Shown in pieces: positions 27,462-37,826 of a DNA stretch of 41,341 bases (within the stretch, counting starts at the first letter, position 1; each line of letters starts with the position of its first letter). Location of the stretch: the IMG/VR virus record IMGVR_UViG_3300047669_000810, positions 1 through 41,341 of that record, one strand, 5' to 3'. The position numbers and the translations under genes are program-made. Source of the DNA: a virus (Duplodnaviria > Caudoviricetes). The notes beneath the pieces are model-generated. The model searched no databases and was not told where the DNA came from. It worked only from the letters and a program-made list of their open reading frames with translations.

Positions 27462-28850
27462 ATGGATTCTATTCCCGTACTCCAATTGGGTGATCTGAAG
27501 ATTGCTGAAGTAGGCACTGAGCGAGAAGTCGAAATAACGGAAGCAATTGTAGATTTGAAGGTTTCGCTTTCTTCTCGGCAGCCAACTTCCATTATGTTCA
27601 AAGTTTACGATCATCATTTTCGTATGTTTAATTCGAATTATTTTCAGATTCGTCGTGAACTTTCGTATTTAGGACAATCCTATGAGATTGCTGCTGTGAC
27701 GATGTCTCGTGCGCCGGGGCAAGCGGACACGGTTGATATTAGGGCTGGTTCTCGTGCTGTTCAAAGATTAGCCAGAGACAAAGGGGCGCAAACTTGGAAC
27801 GGAATTACGGCTGCTGAATTCGCAAAATTGAAAGCAGAAGAGTTTGGTTTGCAGATGTTTATTCAGCAAAGCACGAAAGTAGATTCGATCACAAGAATCC
27901 AGTCTGAGGAACGAGACGAATCAACGTGGGATGTTTTGGGGCGTTTAGCGTCAGAACTTGAATACCAATTGTTTGAGGTTTACAACGTTTTGTATTTCAC
28001 TTCTGAAGATTATTTATTGGAACGTCAACCTAGTATCACGGTCAATATCGGCAGCGGGGTACACGCTGCCAACGAGTCAGATCCGTGGTATCCGTATGCG
28101 TTTAGCGTTCAAAGCAATGATGATTCTTGGGCTGGTTCTGCTTTGAGTATGAAACTTCCACGCGGGAATGCTATGGGGCTACGACCCGGAATGGGTATTA
28201 GATTGTTGAGGGGTGGTTCGTTCAGCGGCACCACACCGGGTGCCGATCCTGATACATATGAAAACGTGGGGGCAACGCGTGTCCATATGATTACTGATGT
28301 GAAATGGGGTGAAGGAACCAGCGAACCGGTTTCGGTTAGTGCAAGAACTTTGACAGAAACGGACGATACGGTTGCAGATTCTTCTGTTGGTCGTGGTGTG
28401 ATTCCTTTTGGTTCTCGAACGCTTCAAGAGGGTGATGTAGGAACTGATGTGAAGCGGTTGCAAATGGCTATTGGCTTGCCGGAGAGTGAACAAGACGGAA
28501 TATTTGGGCAAATAACGAAGAATGCTGTCATGGTTTGGCAACGCAAGAATAAACTTGGTATTGCGACTACTAGCAAGGTGTCGGACGCTGATCCGGCTGA
28601 CCGGCATTTCTTCGGAGAGTTAAGTGAAATCACGACTTATGATGTTGACGGCATAATTAATACAGATGATTGGGCCGTCTTGATAGTGGCGGCACCAACA
28701 ACGAGGCGTCATGTGGAATGGGAAAAAGTTGATATGACAGGCTTTGCTTCGTCTTGGGCTAAACTCGAATCAAGGGTTGGGGCGGTGGAGCCTAGTGATG
28801 GTTCAGGCACGTCACAGGCTACTGATGCGGATAGAAAGTTCTTTTTCTAA
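27462..28850 (+). CDS. baseplate hub protein (P2 gpD / Mu gp44-like) with C-terminal peptidoglycan-binding domain
   Basis: ESTWDVLGRLASELEYQLFEVYNVLYF hub motif; LQEGDVGTDVKRLQ...DGIFGQITKNAVMVWQ PG_binding_1 pattern. Confidence 0.75.
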   Translation: MDSIPVLQLGDLKIAEVGTEREVEITEAIVDLKVSLSSRQPTSIMFKVYDHHFRMFNSNYFQIRRELSYLGQSYEIAAVTMSRAPGQADTVDIRAGSRAVQRLARDKGAQTWNGITAAEFAKLKAEEFGLQMFIQQSTKVDSITRIQSEERDESTWDVLGRLASELEYQLFEVYNVLYFTSEDYLLERQPSITVNIGSGVHAANESDPWYPYAFSVQSNDDSWAGSALSMKLPRGNAMGLRPGMGIRLLRGGSFSGTTPGADPDTYENVGATRVHMITDVKWGEGTSEPVSVSARTLTETDDTVADSSVGRGVIPFGSRTLQEGDVGTDVKRLQMAIGLPESEQDGIFGQITKNAVMVWQRKNKLGIATTSKVSDADPADRHFFGELSEITTYDVDGIINTDDWAVLIVAAPTTRRHVEWEKVDMTGFASSWAKLESRVGAVEPSDGSGTSQATDADRKFFF

Positions 28851-30076
28851 TGACCGGATATAAAACACCCAATAAACCTGCTTCGAAGCAGGGGGATATA
28901 TCGGGTTTTTATCAAGGCGTAGTCACGGAAGTTGTGGCGACGGAAGTAGATCCTTACGAGATCAAGGTAGATGTTCCGCGTTTAGGGCATCAAGGCGCAG
29001 GACCGTACCCGTATGTTGGTCCGCCACCAGCGGTGGGTGATGATGTTTGGGTGAGTTTTAACGAGGGTCGTGAGAACGATCTAATTATCTTTAATGCTGG
29101 TCATCAAAACAATGATGATATGACGGAGGGTGTTTATCGGTTCGGTGGTGCGGCTGAGCAGTGGGGTGTGACGATGCACGTTGAACCTACTTCTTATGTG
29201 GGTTCTAGTCGTGCGTCGATGAGGTTCGACAAGACGGGCTTTGGTGGCGGTGGTTCTGCTATTGGGGTGAATGGAGAAACTTCAGGTGATCTCTTTGCCT
29301 ATGATTTCAATACTGATCATTGGCTTCTTTACCATGGCGGTGCTTGGGGTTCCTATGCGACGGAACACACAAGTAATGCGAATTGGACTAACGCTTTCTT
29401 TGCGATTTACGGTGGAAATAAACATGGAACCCCCAGTGGGGAGTACATGCGGCGATTGTTCATTTATCCCAGTTACAGCGTCGATGGTACTGGTACGGAA
29501 CGTCTTATTTTTGCATGGAAGGGCCAGAGCGGTGGAACTGACCCCAAAGACAATGGCTCTAGTTATTACTGGATGGATATAGGTCAGTTTGGATACTGGC
29601 TTGGAAACATTCATCCATATCCTGACGACAACAGAGATTTGGGTTGGTCAAGTTACAGGTGGGATGACATTTATGCTACCAACGGTACTATTCAGACATC
29701 TGATCAACAATTCAAAACCGATATTGCCGACTCCGCTCTGGGGTTAGAGTTCATCAAATCTCTACGGCCCGTGTCATTTAAATGGATAACTTCCAAGGGT
29801 GAACCCGGTGTTCGAACGCATCACGGATTGATCGGTCAAGAAGTCGAAACAGTCTTAGGTGGTTCAGCGGCGACTACAGCAATGTGGACTAACTCTCACA
29901 TTGAGGCGCGTTCAGAGGAACCGGCGGGATTAGACGAAGAAGGAAACGAAATAACTCCTGCCATGCCAGCAGTTGAAGAACATTATCGCCAAGGAATCCG
30001 GTACAACGAACTGATCGCTCCTATCATTAAAGCGATTCAAGAATTAGAAGTTCGCATTGCGGCCTTGGAGAGTTGA
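28850..30076 (+). CDS. baseplate central spike (gpV/gp5 OB-fold N-terminus) with C-terminal intramolecular chaperone (peptidase S74)
   Basis: FYQGVVTEV...IKVDVPRL...PPAVGDDVWVSFNEG; TIQTSDQQFKTDI...LEFIKSLRPVSFKW...HHGLIGQEV...IRYNELIAPIIKAIQEL. Confidence 0.8.
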   Translation: MTGYKTPNKPASKQGDISGFYQGVVTEVVATEVDPYEIKVDVPRLGHQGAGPYPYVGPPPAVGDDVWVSFNEGRENDLIIFNAGHQNNDDMTEGVYRFGGAAEQWGVTMHVEPTSYVGSSRASMRFDKTGFGGGGSAIGVNGETSGDLFAYDFNTDHWLLYHGGAWGSYATEHTSNANWTNAFFAIYGGNKHGTPSGEYMRRLFIYPSYSVDGTGTERLIFAWKGQSGGTDPKDNGSSYYWMDIGQFGYWLGNIHPYPDDNRDLGWSSYRWDDIYATNGTIQTSDQQFKTDIADSALGLEFIKSLRPVSFKWITSKGEPGVRTHHGLIGQEVETVLGGSAATTAMWTNSHIEARSEEPAGLDEEGNEITPAMPAVEEHYRQGIRYNELIAPIIKAIQELEVRIAALES

Positions 30077-30149
30077 TAGACCTATACTTATAGATGGTTG
30101 AAGAGGGGAAATACATAGCCAACCCGGCCTGCACGGCCAAAGGTAAGAA

Positions 30150-30899
30150 ATGTCTATCCCCACTAAACGAGGGGTCGATCTCTCGTTGCTTCATCCACGT
30201 TTTGTGAAAAGGTTAGAAGCCTTCTTTAATGATCCACGCATCATTGGACGAGTCCAAATAACTAGTGGATGCCGTACTTATGCGAAACAGAAATATTTTT
30301 ATGATGGCTATAAGAGCCGTAAGGCAGGATTTAATTTAGCCGCTAATCCCGACAGACGATTTGGACCTAAAGCCTTAAATGGTATTGGGATTTGGCGTGG
30401 AAGTTGGCACATGGAACAGGACGACGGATTTTGCTACGCGGTCGATTTTGGTTTGTGTGGTAATGGCATTAAGAAGTGGGAAGTCAATAATATTGCTAAA
30501 GAATATGGGATGCATCCCACGGTTAGTGGAGAGTGGTGGCATCACCAACCTCGTGCTTCATCCGATTGGTTTGACGCTCCTGCTTTGATTGGAGTGGGGG
30601 TTAAAGAAGAAACGAAAGAACCAGTGGTGGATTGGGGAGCGTTGTTGAGATATCTCGCTGCTCTTACCGCTGAGATTAGAACGAATCCGATTCGGAGAAA
30701 AGAACGTTCAGATCGGGTAAAAGTTCTGCAACGGCGCTTAGGTGCTTTAGGTATTGATTGTGGAAAGATTGATGGAATCTTTGGTTGGGGAACCAAAAGG
30801 AAAGTTAGACAGTTTCAGCGGATCAATCGTTTGACTAGAGACGGGATTGTTGGTCCGGGTACTTGGGGTGAAATGTGGGGAGATGAACCTCTCTCCTAG
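30150..30899 (+). CDS. endolysin-like peptidoglycan hydrolase: M15 Zn-peptidase plus C-terminal PG-binding domain
   Basis: ITSGCRTYAKQ, SWH...AVD, EWWH; VKVLQRRL...IDGIFGWGTKRKVRQFQ...DGIVGPGTW. Confidence 0.8.
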   Translation: MSIPTKRGVDLSLLHPRFVKRLEAFFNDPRIIGRVQITSGCRTYAKQKYFYDGYKSRKAGFNLAANPDRRFGPKALNGIGIWRGSWHMEQDDGFCYAVDFGLCGNGIKKWEVNNIAKEYGMHPTVSGEWWHHQPRASSDWFDAPALIGVGVKEETKEPVVDWGALLRYLAALTAEIRTNPIRRKERSDRVKVLQRRLGALGIDCGKIDGIFGWGTKRKVRQFQRINRLTRDGIVGPGTWGEMWGDEPLS

Positions 30900-30970
30900 G
30901 TTTGTTTCGTTGTCACTGCTGTGAACAGGGTAAAATCCCCTAGAGTAACTGATGTTAAAGTAGGGATTAT

Positions 30971-31267
30971 ATGGATGTTCTATCTATTCCGTTGGGTTTC
31001 TCCGGAAACGGAGATTTCATAAAGGTGAGCGATACGTCGAATGAGTATAAGGCTGAACAGATAAAAGCCTTTGTATCGACTCATAAGGGGGAGCGTCCTC
31101 TGTTCCCGACTTTCGGTACGGACGATCCAACGTTTGGTGACTTTAATGGTTCTGAATTAATAGAAGAGTTTGCTCAGTTCTATGGAACTACTATTGTTGT
31201 TAGCAACATTGATGTCATAAAACGCCGTGGGGCGGTTGACTCTATTGAAGTTAATTTTAAGGGGTAA
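30971..31267 (+). CDS. baseplate wedge/sheath initiator (gp25/gpW-like)
   Basis: THKGERPLFPTFG signature; 98 aa, just before baseplate J. Confidence 0.8.
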   Translation: MDVLSIPLGFSGNGDFIKVSDTSNEYKAEQIKAFVSTHKGERPLFPTFGTDDPTFGDFNGSELIEEFAQFYGTTIVVSNIDVIKRRGAVDSIEVNFKG

Positions 31268-31270
31268 GTT

Positions 31271-32917
31271 ATGGTTTCACCAGATTTTTCGACTTACGTC
31301 GATCTGACGCCTTACGACACGACTGTCGCCAACATCTTAGAAGAAGGTGTGACTCAGGCTCGTGCGCTTTTGCCACAGTGGACACCTCGTGTAGGCCAAT
31401 TGGAAACAACTATTTTAGAAGCAGTTGCCTACCAGACCGCGAATCTTTCTAATGCAGCGAATCGGCTGCCTGCTTCCACAGTGGAAACATTATTGAAACT
31501 AACTGGGATCACGCGTTCGAATGGTGTGAAAGCAAAAGCAACAATAACTATAAATTTCACAGACACAACTGGTTACACAATTCCAAAAGAAACACCATTT
31601 GTTAGTTATGGCACAGATGGTGCTGCTTATGTCTATCTTCTAGACGTAGATGCGACTGTAGCCGCAGGTGCAAATCAACTAACTCTGCTGGGTGTGACGG
31701 CGCAATCAGTCGGTACCACATTCAATACTCCTTCTAATGGTGCGACCCTCCAAGTTCTTTCAACAATTCCATATATCAGTTCTACGGTATTCGATGCTAA
31801 ACCTGCTGGTGGTTTAAACGCAGAGACTGATGCAGAATATTTCACTCGTGGAACTACTCTGTTGGCTAGTTATTCTTCTTCGTTAGCAACAGAAGAGCAG
31901 ATCCGTACTTTCATTCTCACCAATTACACGGCAAGCGTGTACAGGGTAAAGGCTTACAACTTACGTCGGTATTCAGACAGAAATATTGTGACCTTTGGTG
32001 GAACATCAAATACTGGTGGAAAACATAAGGGTTACATACTGGTTTCAGTTGCTGGACAGAACGTTAATGCCGGTGAATTTGTTAACGATGCAATAGTTAC
32101 GGCGTCGGATCTCTCCACGATCAAAACGGCAATTTCAGGAAAGACTGGAACGGGCGTCACGTTAGAGGTAGCCAATGCGGAATTGATTGGAATCGGTGTG
32201 ACTTTAGAGGCATATAAAAAGACCTCTGCTGCCGCAGGAACAGTTCAGACTGCTATTCAAACGGCGTTAACTACTTATTTAGATCCGGATGTATGGGATT
32301 GGGGGGAAGTGGTTAGAGCAAATGAAATAATCAGTTTGATCGATGGGGTCGCAGGCGTTGACTATTTGAAGTCTGTTACTTTGTCGCTCCCCGATGAGGA
32401 AGTTGTTTGTGCTACTACGGCAGATCTTGGAACGGTTGTTTATGCTGCTGGAGCGGATACTGCCAAACCGGGTGTGGGAGCGACTTTAACTAACGGTGGG
32501 AGTCAGGCGGCTTTCACTGTCGATGGACAAAGCCCGACCGTGGGGCAGCGAGTTCTTCTTAAGAATCAGTCCGCTGGTTTACAAAACGGTATCTACACGG
32601 TTACTACTGTTGGCGATGGTTCGACAAATTGGATACTGACTCGTGCGATAGATGCTGATACCACGAATGAGATGTGTATTAATAAGTTCATCTTCTGTAC
32701 CGCAGGATCAACGAATGGTACTAAAGGTTTTACTTGTGATTCGGCAGGAACTCTGGGGACAACGGTAATGACGTTTGCTCAAACTGGAATTTCTAAAAGA
32801 GCAGAAGTGATGGGTAGCAATTCGACTTTGGGTGATGGTGCTTTAACTGGTGATATTCGATTTGCACACTTGGGAGTACTCACTTATCCAAGTACGTTTA
32901 GCGTTACGGTAAGTTAA
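31271..32917 (+). CDS. baseplate J-like protein with an inserted domain near the C-terminus
   Basis: LLKLTGITR...A.ATITI, GGLNAETDAEY, IDGVAGVDYLKSV; insert RVLLKNQSAGLQNGIYTV...WILTRAIDAD. Confidence 0.85.
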   Translation: MVSPDFSTYVDLTPYDTTVANILEEGVTQARALLPQWTPRVGQLETTILEAVAYQTANLSNAANRLPASTVETLLKLTGITRSNGVKAKATITINFTDTTGYTIPKETPFVSYGTDGAAYVYLLDVDATVAAGANQLTLLGVTAQSVGTTFNTPSNGATLQVLSTIPYISSTVFDAKPAGGLNAETDAEYFTRGTTLLASYSSSLATEEQIRTFILTNYTASVYRVKAYNLRRYSDRNIVTFGGTSNTGGKHKGYILVSVAGQNVNAGEFVNDAIVTASDLSTIKTAISGKTGTGVTLEVANAELIGIGVTLEAYKKTSAAAGTVQTAIQTALTTYLDPDVWDWGEVVRANEIISLIDGVAGVDYLKSVTLSLPDEEVVCATTADLGTVVYAAGADTAKPGVGATLTNGGSQAAFTVDGQSPTVGQRVLLKNQSAGLQNGIYTVTTVGDGSTNWILTRAIDADTTNEMCINKFIFCTAGSTNGTKGFTCDSAGTLGTTVMTFAQTGISKRAEVMGSNSTLGDGALTGDIRFAHLGVLTYPSTFSVTVS

Positions 32918-35900
32918 ATGCCGGATACGATTATATCTAAGAATCTACTTAAAATAGACGGTAGCATTTTTAATGCTATTAAATACAGTGCCACTAACGC
33001 GACCATCAAGCAAATGTCTGATATTGGAGCGCAAGCCCTTTCGTTGTATAGCAGTGTCCAAACGGATGGTTTTCTGATTTATGCAAATGGTTCTGGGGAG
33101 TTGGGTGTTGTGTCTCCCCTGTTTGCTGTGGACGCGACGGAGTCATTCAAGGTTTCAGGTATTTTCACCATAGGTTCGTTGCTCGCTGGGAAAACGCTCA
33201 GAATAAAAGTTGAATATTTTTCTGTTAGTTCTGGCAGTGTTGGAACTGCAATGGACTATGTGGGAGAAAGAGAAGTTTCGGGTCAATGGACCGCGACAGA
33301 TGAGACGCATCAGTACAAGTTTGTGACTCCCGATACGGCTACTACGGAAAATCCGGTATCTGTACCGATGACAATGGAACTGTATCCATATGGGTACAGG
33401 AATCCGGAAGTACCAAATGTTGCTAGTGCAATTAGATTTTGGATTCCAACCGGCGCGAACTATGCGAGGGTTTCGTATTTCGTTGAATCTGCAACGGCGG
33501 GTGGTCAGGGGTTTTTGCTTACTGATATCTCAGCAATCAAAACTAGTGGAATTTTAAATAATCCGACCATTAACACAACTTACAGATTGTTGCCTGAGTT
33601 CATTCGTCATGCTGATGAGAAGTCATCAACACGTCGTGCTAATGAGCAAAAACTTGTTACCAAAAAGTATTTGGCGAGTGCTTTTGCTTATGGGATAACT
33701 ATTGGTGAAGATTTACGAGATTGGGTTTATGTTCGGGCTGAAGACACGAACACTGGTGTAGAAAAAACATCTAAATTAACTGATCCTCTAATAGCAAAAA
33801 AAGAACATTTATCTTGGCTTGCTCAAACAGTCGGGGTGACACTTATTAATCCGTATACGGGTTTGAGTATGTGGATTTCTTTACAGGGTTGGGACACAGA
33901 TCTGGATAGTACAACTTGGCAACAAATTGATTTGATTGATGGAGAATCAGGTGATGATTCTTGTACTTGGGTGGCTGCTAGGTCTTCTGTTTATGAAGAT
34001 ATTGATTCTTACAGGAATCAAATCAAATATGCTTTCAATGGATTGAATGCCGGTCAGCCAGCAGCGATGCGTTCTTATCTTGGAACCATCTTAGATACGA
34101 AAACACCTGCTAGTTATTTTCACAGAATTAAAACACCGGATAGGGAATCTCCACATTTGGTCAAATACATTTTTGATCCTGATGTTGATCCTGATCCAGC
34201 GGGAACTCGTGTTGAATTGGAAATGGCACCGACTTTATCGTCGGGAGTATTTGGAAGTCAGTCTTCTCGTCCTGCCGATGCAGGGGAGTTCGCTTACGAA
34301 CCTAAAGTGTTTTTAGAAAAGAACGTTCCGGGTTCTGCGGTATCTGCTGATGACAAAACGGTTTTTCGTTTTGGAAGCAATGCCGCACCTGCGATTCCAG
34401 ATCAAACTGGTTCTGGTCGTCATCTCTGTCTAGTGAATAGCGGTATTTCTGATCCAAAGGCTTCGCAGTACGGGGTTATTGCGGGGGCACGTTACAACAG
34501 GGGATTCGGATTTTACCCCAGTTCAGTAACTGGGTCAGGTGCCCATATCAGTTTGCCAGCGTTAAACACTGGTTTATCAGGTACGACTGTTGATTATATT
34601 TTTCATGTAAGTGATATCAGTTATGGCAACAGTGCAGACACTGTTTTATTTGAACAGGGTACGTCTGGAAATGCCAATTATAGGGCTTGCGTGGTTGACG
34701 AAACTGGAGTTTTGAAGTATCTAACCGGTGCTTCAGGTTCCGCTGCTTCTACCGCTTACGCTGCTGCGAGTGATCCTGTTGAATACGATTTCACTACTGT
34801 AGGAGATCGTTGGATACGCATCTCGGTGACTGCTTCTACAACTAAGTTCTATGTTGGTCCATCAATGATTGATGTTTGTCATCCGACAACTTATTTGATC
34901 AACTCAGTGTCTTTGGCATCTCCAAATGTTTATGATAATTCCTTAGCGAGCGTCTTCTTCAAGGTTGCTCATAATGGTAATGGGATTGTCGGCTATAGGG
35001 GAATCGTCAATGATGGAGCGTTGGACAGTCAATATTCTGGGTTCTTATTGTCTTCTGTTGCAGATTTGAATCTGACTACTTACACGGGAACGACCGGAAC
35101 ATCAGCCAGCGTTATCACGGAACTTTATGACGGCATAGACGATTTTGATCAAGATTCAACACTTAACAAAGATGCTAATACTTGTCAGTTTAATATTACT
35201 TACGAAGCCTCTCCTGTCCCTCTGTCAAATTGGATCGGACTGCCGCACACGGGAACCGACTATTTGTATCTTGGGAATCAGAGTAGTGCTGGTGACAGTC
35301 TTGTAGTTTCAGGAATGGATTCCGATTCTTACAATTGGACAGCGACCTACACTGATGGAACTACTGCCACGGGAAGTGGTACTGCAACTACATTCACTTG
35401 GACTGCTGCGACTTACGGTGGTAAACAGATTAAATCAATCGCAGTGGTGGGAACCAAAACTTATACATTCTTACCCAGCGTCATTACGACACATACGATC
35501 ACGACTAGTACCGGAACCGATTCTGCAAGCGGAACGTGGACTATCAACCGGGCTTGGGAATCGTCAGACGATTATGAGTTTTCCTCAATCGTTGATAGAG
35601 ATTTGATTCAAACCAATAGAGAAGGGGCGGGATTGGCTCCTAATCTCGGTGTTGGGCTTGCTGATGATATCTCTTTTTCTTTGCATTATCGAAGGTTCAA
35701 AACTGACAGCGGTAATGACAATTGGGTATTCAAGCACAATAATGTGCAACTCAAGTTCACCGGTAGTGGTGTGACTTGTTATGTGAATGACAAATACGAC
35801 TCTTCAGATACTGCTAGAAATACTAGTTCTGTGACTTGGAATGATACTTCCCGTATCGGACAATGGAACCATATAGGTTTTGTTCGTGACGTATCGGGTG

Positions 35901-36112
35901 GGAAGATTTATTTGTATGCAAATGGTACGTTGGTAGCAAATGCTGCGGATACCACGCTGAGTGGATTAAATACTCAGACTGGTACTCCCGCTTCAAATAT
36001 TGTTTTCCATACGGACAACGAGCCGGGGTGGCAGTTCAATCATATGGCATTGTTTAAAGAAGCATTATCTGTCGCAGATATGGAGAGAGTGCGTCAGACA
36101 TTGCCTACTTAA
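32918..36112 (+). CDS. large baseplate wedge/fibre protein (P2 gpI-like core) with LamG/concanavalin-A-like domain(s)
   Basis: YRLLPEFIR and LSWLAQTVGV gpI-like motifs; C-terminal GQWNHIGFVRD...IYLYANG...MALFKEALSVADM LamG pattern. Confidence 0.7.
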   Translation: MPDTIISKNLLKIDGSIFNAIKYSATNATIKQMSDIGAQALSLYSSVQTDGFLIYANGSGELGVVSPLFAVDATESFKVSGIFTIGSLLAGKTLRIKVEYFSVSSGSVGTAMDYVGEREVSGQWTATDETHQYKFVTPDTATTENPVSVPMTMELYPYGYRNPEVPNVASAIRFWIPTGANYARVSYFVESATAGGQGFLLTDISAIKTSGILNNPTINTTYRLLPEFIRHADEKSSTRRANEQKLVTKKYLASAFAYGITIGEDLRDWVYVRAEDTNTGVEKTSKLTDPLIAKKEHLSWLAQTVGVTLINPYTGLSMWISLQGWDTDLDSTTWQQIDLIDGESGDDSCTWVAARSSVYEDIDSYRNQIKYAFNGLNAGQPAAMRSYLGTILDTKTPASYFHRIKTPDRESPHLVKYIFDPDVDPDPAGTRVELEMAPTLSSGVFGSQSSRPADAGEFAYEPKVFLEKNVPGSAVSADDKTVFRFGSNAAPAIPDQTGSGRHLCLVNSGISDPKASQYGVIAGARYNRGFGFYPSSVTGSGAHISLPALNTGLSGTTVDYIFHVSDISYGNSADTVLFEQGTSGNANYRACVVDETGVLKYLTGASGSAASTAYAAASDPVEYDFTTVGDRWIRISVTASTTKFYVGPSMIDVCHPTTYLINSVSLASPNVYDNSLASVFFKVAHNGNGIVGYRGIVNDGALDSQYSGFLLSSVADLNLTTYTGTTGTSASVITELYDGIDDFDQDSTLNKDANTCQFNITYEASPVPLSNWIGLPHTGTDYLYLGNQSSAGDSLVVSGMDSDSYNWTATYTDGTTATGSGTATTFTWTAATYGGKQIKSIAVVGTKTYTFLPSVITTHTITTSTGTDSASGTWTINRAWESSDDYEFSSIVDRDLIQTNREGAGLAPNLGVGLADDISFSLHYRRFKTDSGNDNWVFKHNNVQLKFTGSGVTCYVNDKYDSSDTARNTSSVTWNDTSRIGQWNHIGFVRDVSGGKIYLYANGTLVANAADTTLSGLNTQTGTPASNIVFHTDNEPGWQFNHMALFKEALSVADMERVRQTLPT

Positions 36113-36142
36113 AGTGTAAGATTACTATGGGAGTACAACGGT

Positions 36143-36835
36143 ATGGCTATAACTTACGGAACTAGATTTTTGTCTTTGCCGAATTGGTCGGCCAGTCTTG
36201 ACGCGTTCAGTCGCGTCCAGTTTAACGACGCGTTCAGTGATCTGAATACGAATGCTGCTGGATGGTCTGAAAGTACTGGTGCTGAAGCAGGTACTAAAAG
36301 CGGGTTTTTCCATTACAACTCCACGGCGAACACCTTAAAAGTTTATTCTTCTGGTGAAACTGCTTGGGTAACCCTTAACGACGGTACAGAAGTTAGGGCG
36401 TCGGCGGTCACCACGAAAGGTGACCTATTCGCTGCTACGGGAGCAAATGTTGTTACTCGTTTGGCGGCAGGTGCAAATGGTAAGGTTTTGAAAGCAGATT
36501 CCGGTGAAAGCACAGGTTTGGCTTGGGCAGATGCCGTTTTAACCGTTGCGGGAACTTCTAACGAAGTGGAGGTTTCAACGGTATCCGGTGCTGTGACTGT
36601 CGGACTTCCTAACGATATCACTCTTACGGGGACACTAACTCTTGACAGCATTGGAATAGCGGCAGTTCAGGCTTCAGCCGAATCGTTTGCTAATAATGAT
36701 ACTTCTATCATGACCTCTGCTGCTATTGAGGATAAGATTTTGGCATATGGTTATGCAACAGATACGAATTTAACAACTAATAACGTCAAGGTTCATGACG
36801 TAGAAACTATGTTCCACATGGAGGTTATGGTCTAA
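36143..36835 (+). CDS. tail fibre-related protein (230 aa)
   Basis: TTKGDLFAATGANVVTRLAAGANGKVLKADS...GLAW and VAGTSNEVEVS...VTVGLP fibre-type motifs. Confidence 0.65.
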   Translation: MAITYGTRFLSLPNWSASLDAFSRVQFNDAFSDLNTNAAGWSESTGAEAGTKSGFFHYNSTANTLKVYSSGETAWVTLNDGTEVRASAVTTKGDLFAATGANVVTRLAAGANGKVLKADSGESTGLAWADAVLTVAGTSNEVEVSTVSGAVTVGLPNDITLTGTLTLDSIGIAAVQASAESFANNDTSIMTSAAIEDKILAYGYATDTNLTTNNVKVHDVETMFHMEVMV

Positions 36836-37167
36836 TGGCAATGACTCAAACTAAATTACACGACCCATCACAGTTAGGGAACTCAATCTCTACTTTGTAT
36901 ACGGTGCCTGCTTCAACTACAGCAATTTTGAAGCAAATCACTTTGTGCAATGTTTCTGCGAACAACAGGACGGTGCAGTTGTATGTCGTGCCCAATGGTG
37001 GTACTGCGGGTGTTGCAAATGCCTTGTTGTACGACATGACCGTTGATGCGACATCAACAATGTTTGTTAACTTGTCGTCTGTCATGGAGACTGGTGCAAC
37101 TCTGCAAGGTTTGGCAAGCGTCGCTGCGGCAATCACGATTCATTCTTCTGGCATACAGGAGACGTAA
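36835..37167 (+). CDS. small beta-rich structural protein (110 aa)
   Basis: TLYTVPASTTAILKQITLCN pattern; start/stop overlap with the previous gene. Confidence 0.6.
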   Translation: MAMTQTKLHDPSQLGNSISTLYTVPASTTAILKQITLCNVSANNRTVQLYVVPNGGTAGVANALLYDMTVDATSTMFVNLSSVMETGATLQGLASVAAAITIHSSGIQET

Positions 37168-37169
37168 TC

Positions 37170-37826
37170 ATGGGGCGGCTGGTCAGGCTCGGCGCTCCCG
37201 ATGCTCTTGCGGATTTTTATGATTCTCCTTCCCATATCTTTGGAAGTGGGGAGGATGCTTCTGCAACTATTAGCGCGAATACAACTCTTACAGAAGATAA
37301 ATACTATTTAGATCTTACCGTTGATGCGGCGAAAACTTTGAACACTGCGGGTTATCGCGTGTTTGTTCAACGAAACTTGTATTTGAATGGAACGATTGGA
37401 ATGACGGCTGGCCCTGCGGCTCAGGGTTCTTTGGGTATCGGTTCACAATCTGCTGCTGTAACCAACTCTTTAGGTGGGGCATCGACAAGTCACACAGTGA
37501 CGGCTCCTACTGCCGCTTTGGGCGGAACGAAATGGTACAAGAATCCGTTAAACGCTGTTGATGGCTATTCGTTTGATCCCGCTACGGGAACTATTAATCT
37601 CTTGAAAGGTGGAGCGGGCGATGGAACAAATTATGGGGGCGGTGTAGTAATCGTTTGTGCTCGTTATCTGTTCGGAAATGGAAATATCTCGGCTACGGCG
37701 TCAGGTGATGCTGGTGGCGGTGTTCTGTTTTTGATTTCTTCAGATAAAAGTCATTCTTATACCCTTAGCGCGGCTGGTGCAGGCACCGGTTCTGCGGGGA
37801 ATGCTTACTTCTTAGAGGCGGACTGA
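37170..37826 (+). CDS. Gly-rich tail-associated protein, paralogue 1
   Basis: IFGSGED...LTEDKYY.DLTV...LNTAGYRVFV; GGGVVIVCAR. Confidence 0.65.
   Translation: MGRLVRLGAPDALADFYDSPSHIFGSGEDASATISANTTLTEDKYYLDLTVDAAKTLNTAGYRVFVQRNLYLNGTIGMTAGPAAQGSLGIGSQSAAVTNSLGGASTSHTVTAPTAALGGTKWYKNPLNAVDGYSFDPATGTINLLKGGAGDGTNYGGGVVIVCARYLFGNGNISATASGDAGGGVLFLISSDKSHSYTLSAAGAGTGSAGNAYFLEAD

Noticed and set aside
18634-36112. Tailocin or extracellular contractile injection system instead of a phage
   Set aside because: A major capsid gene, neck genes and phage-type RNR are on the same contig
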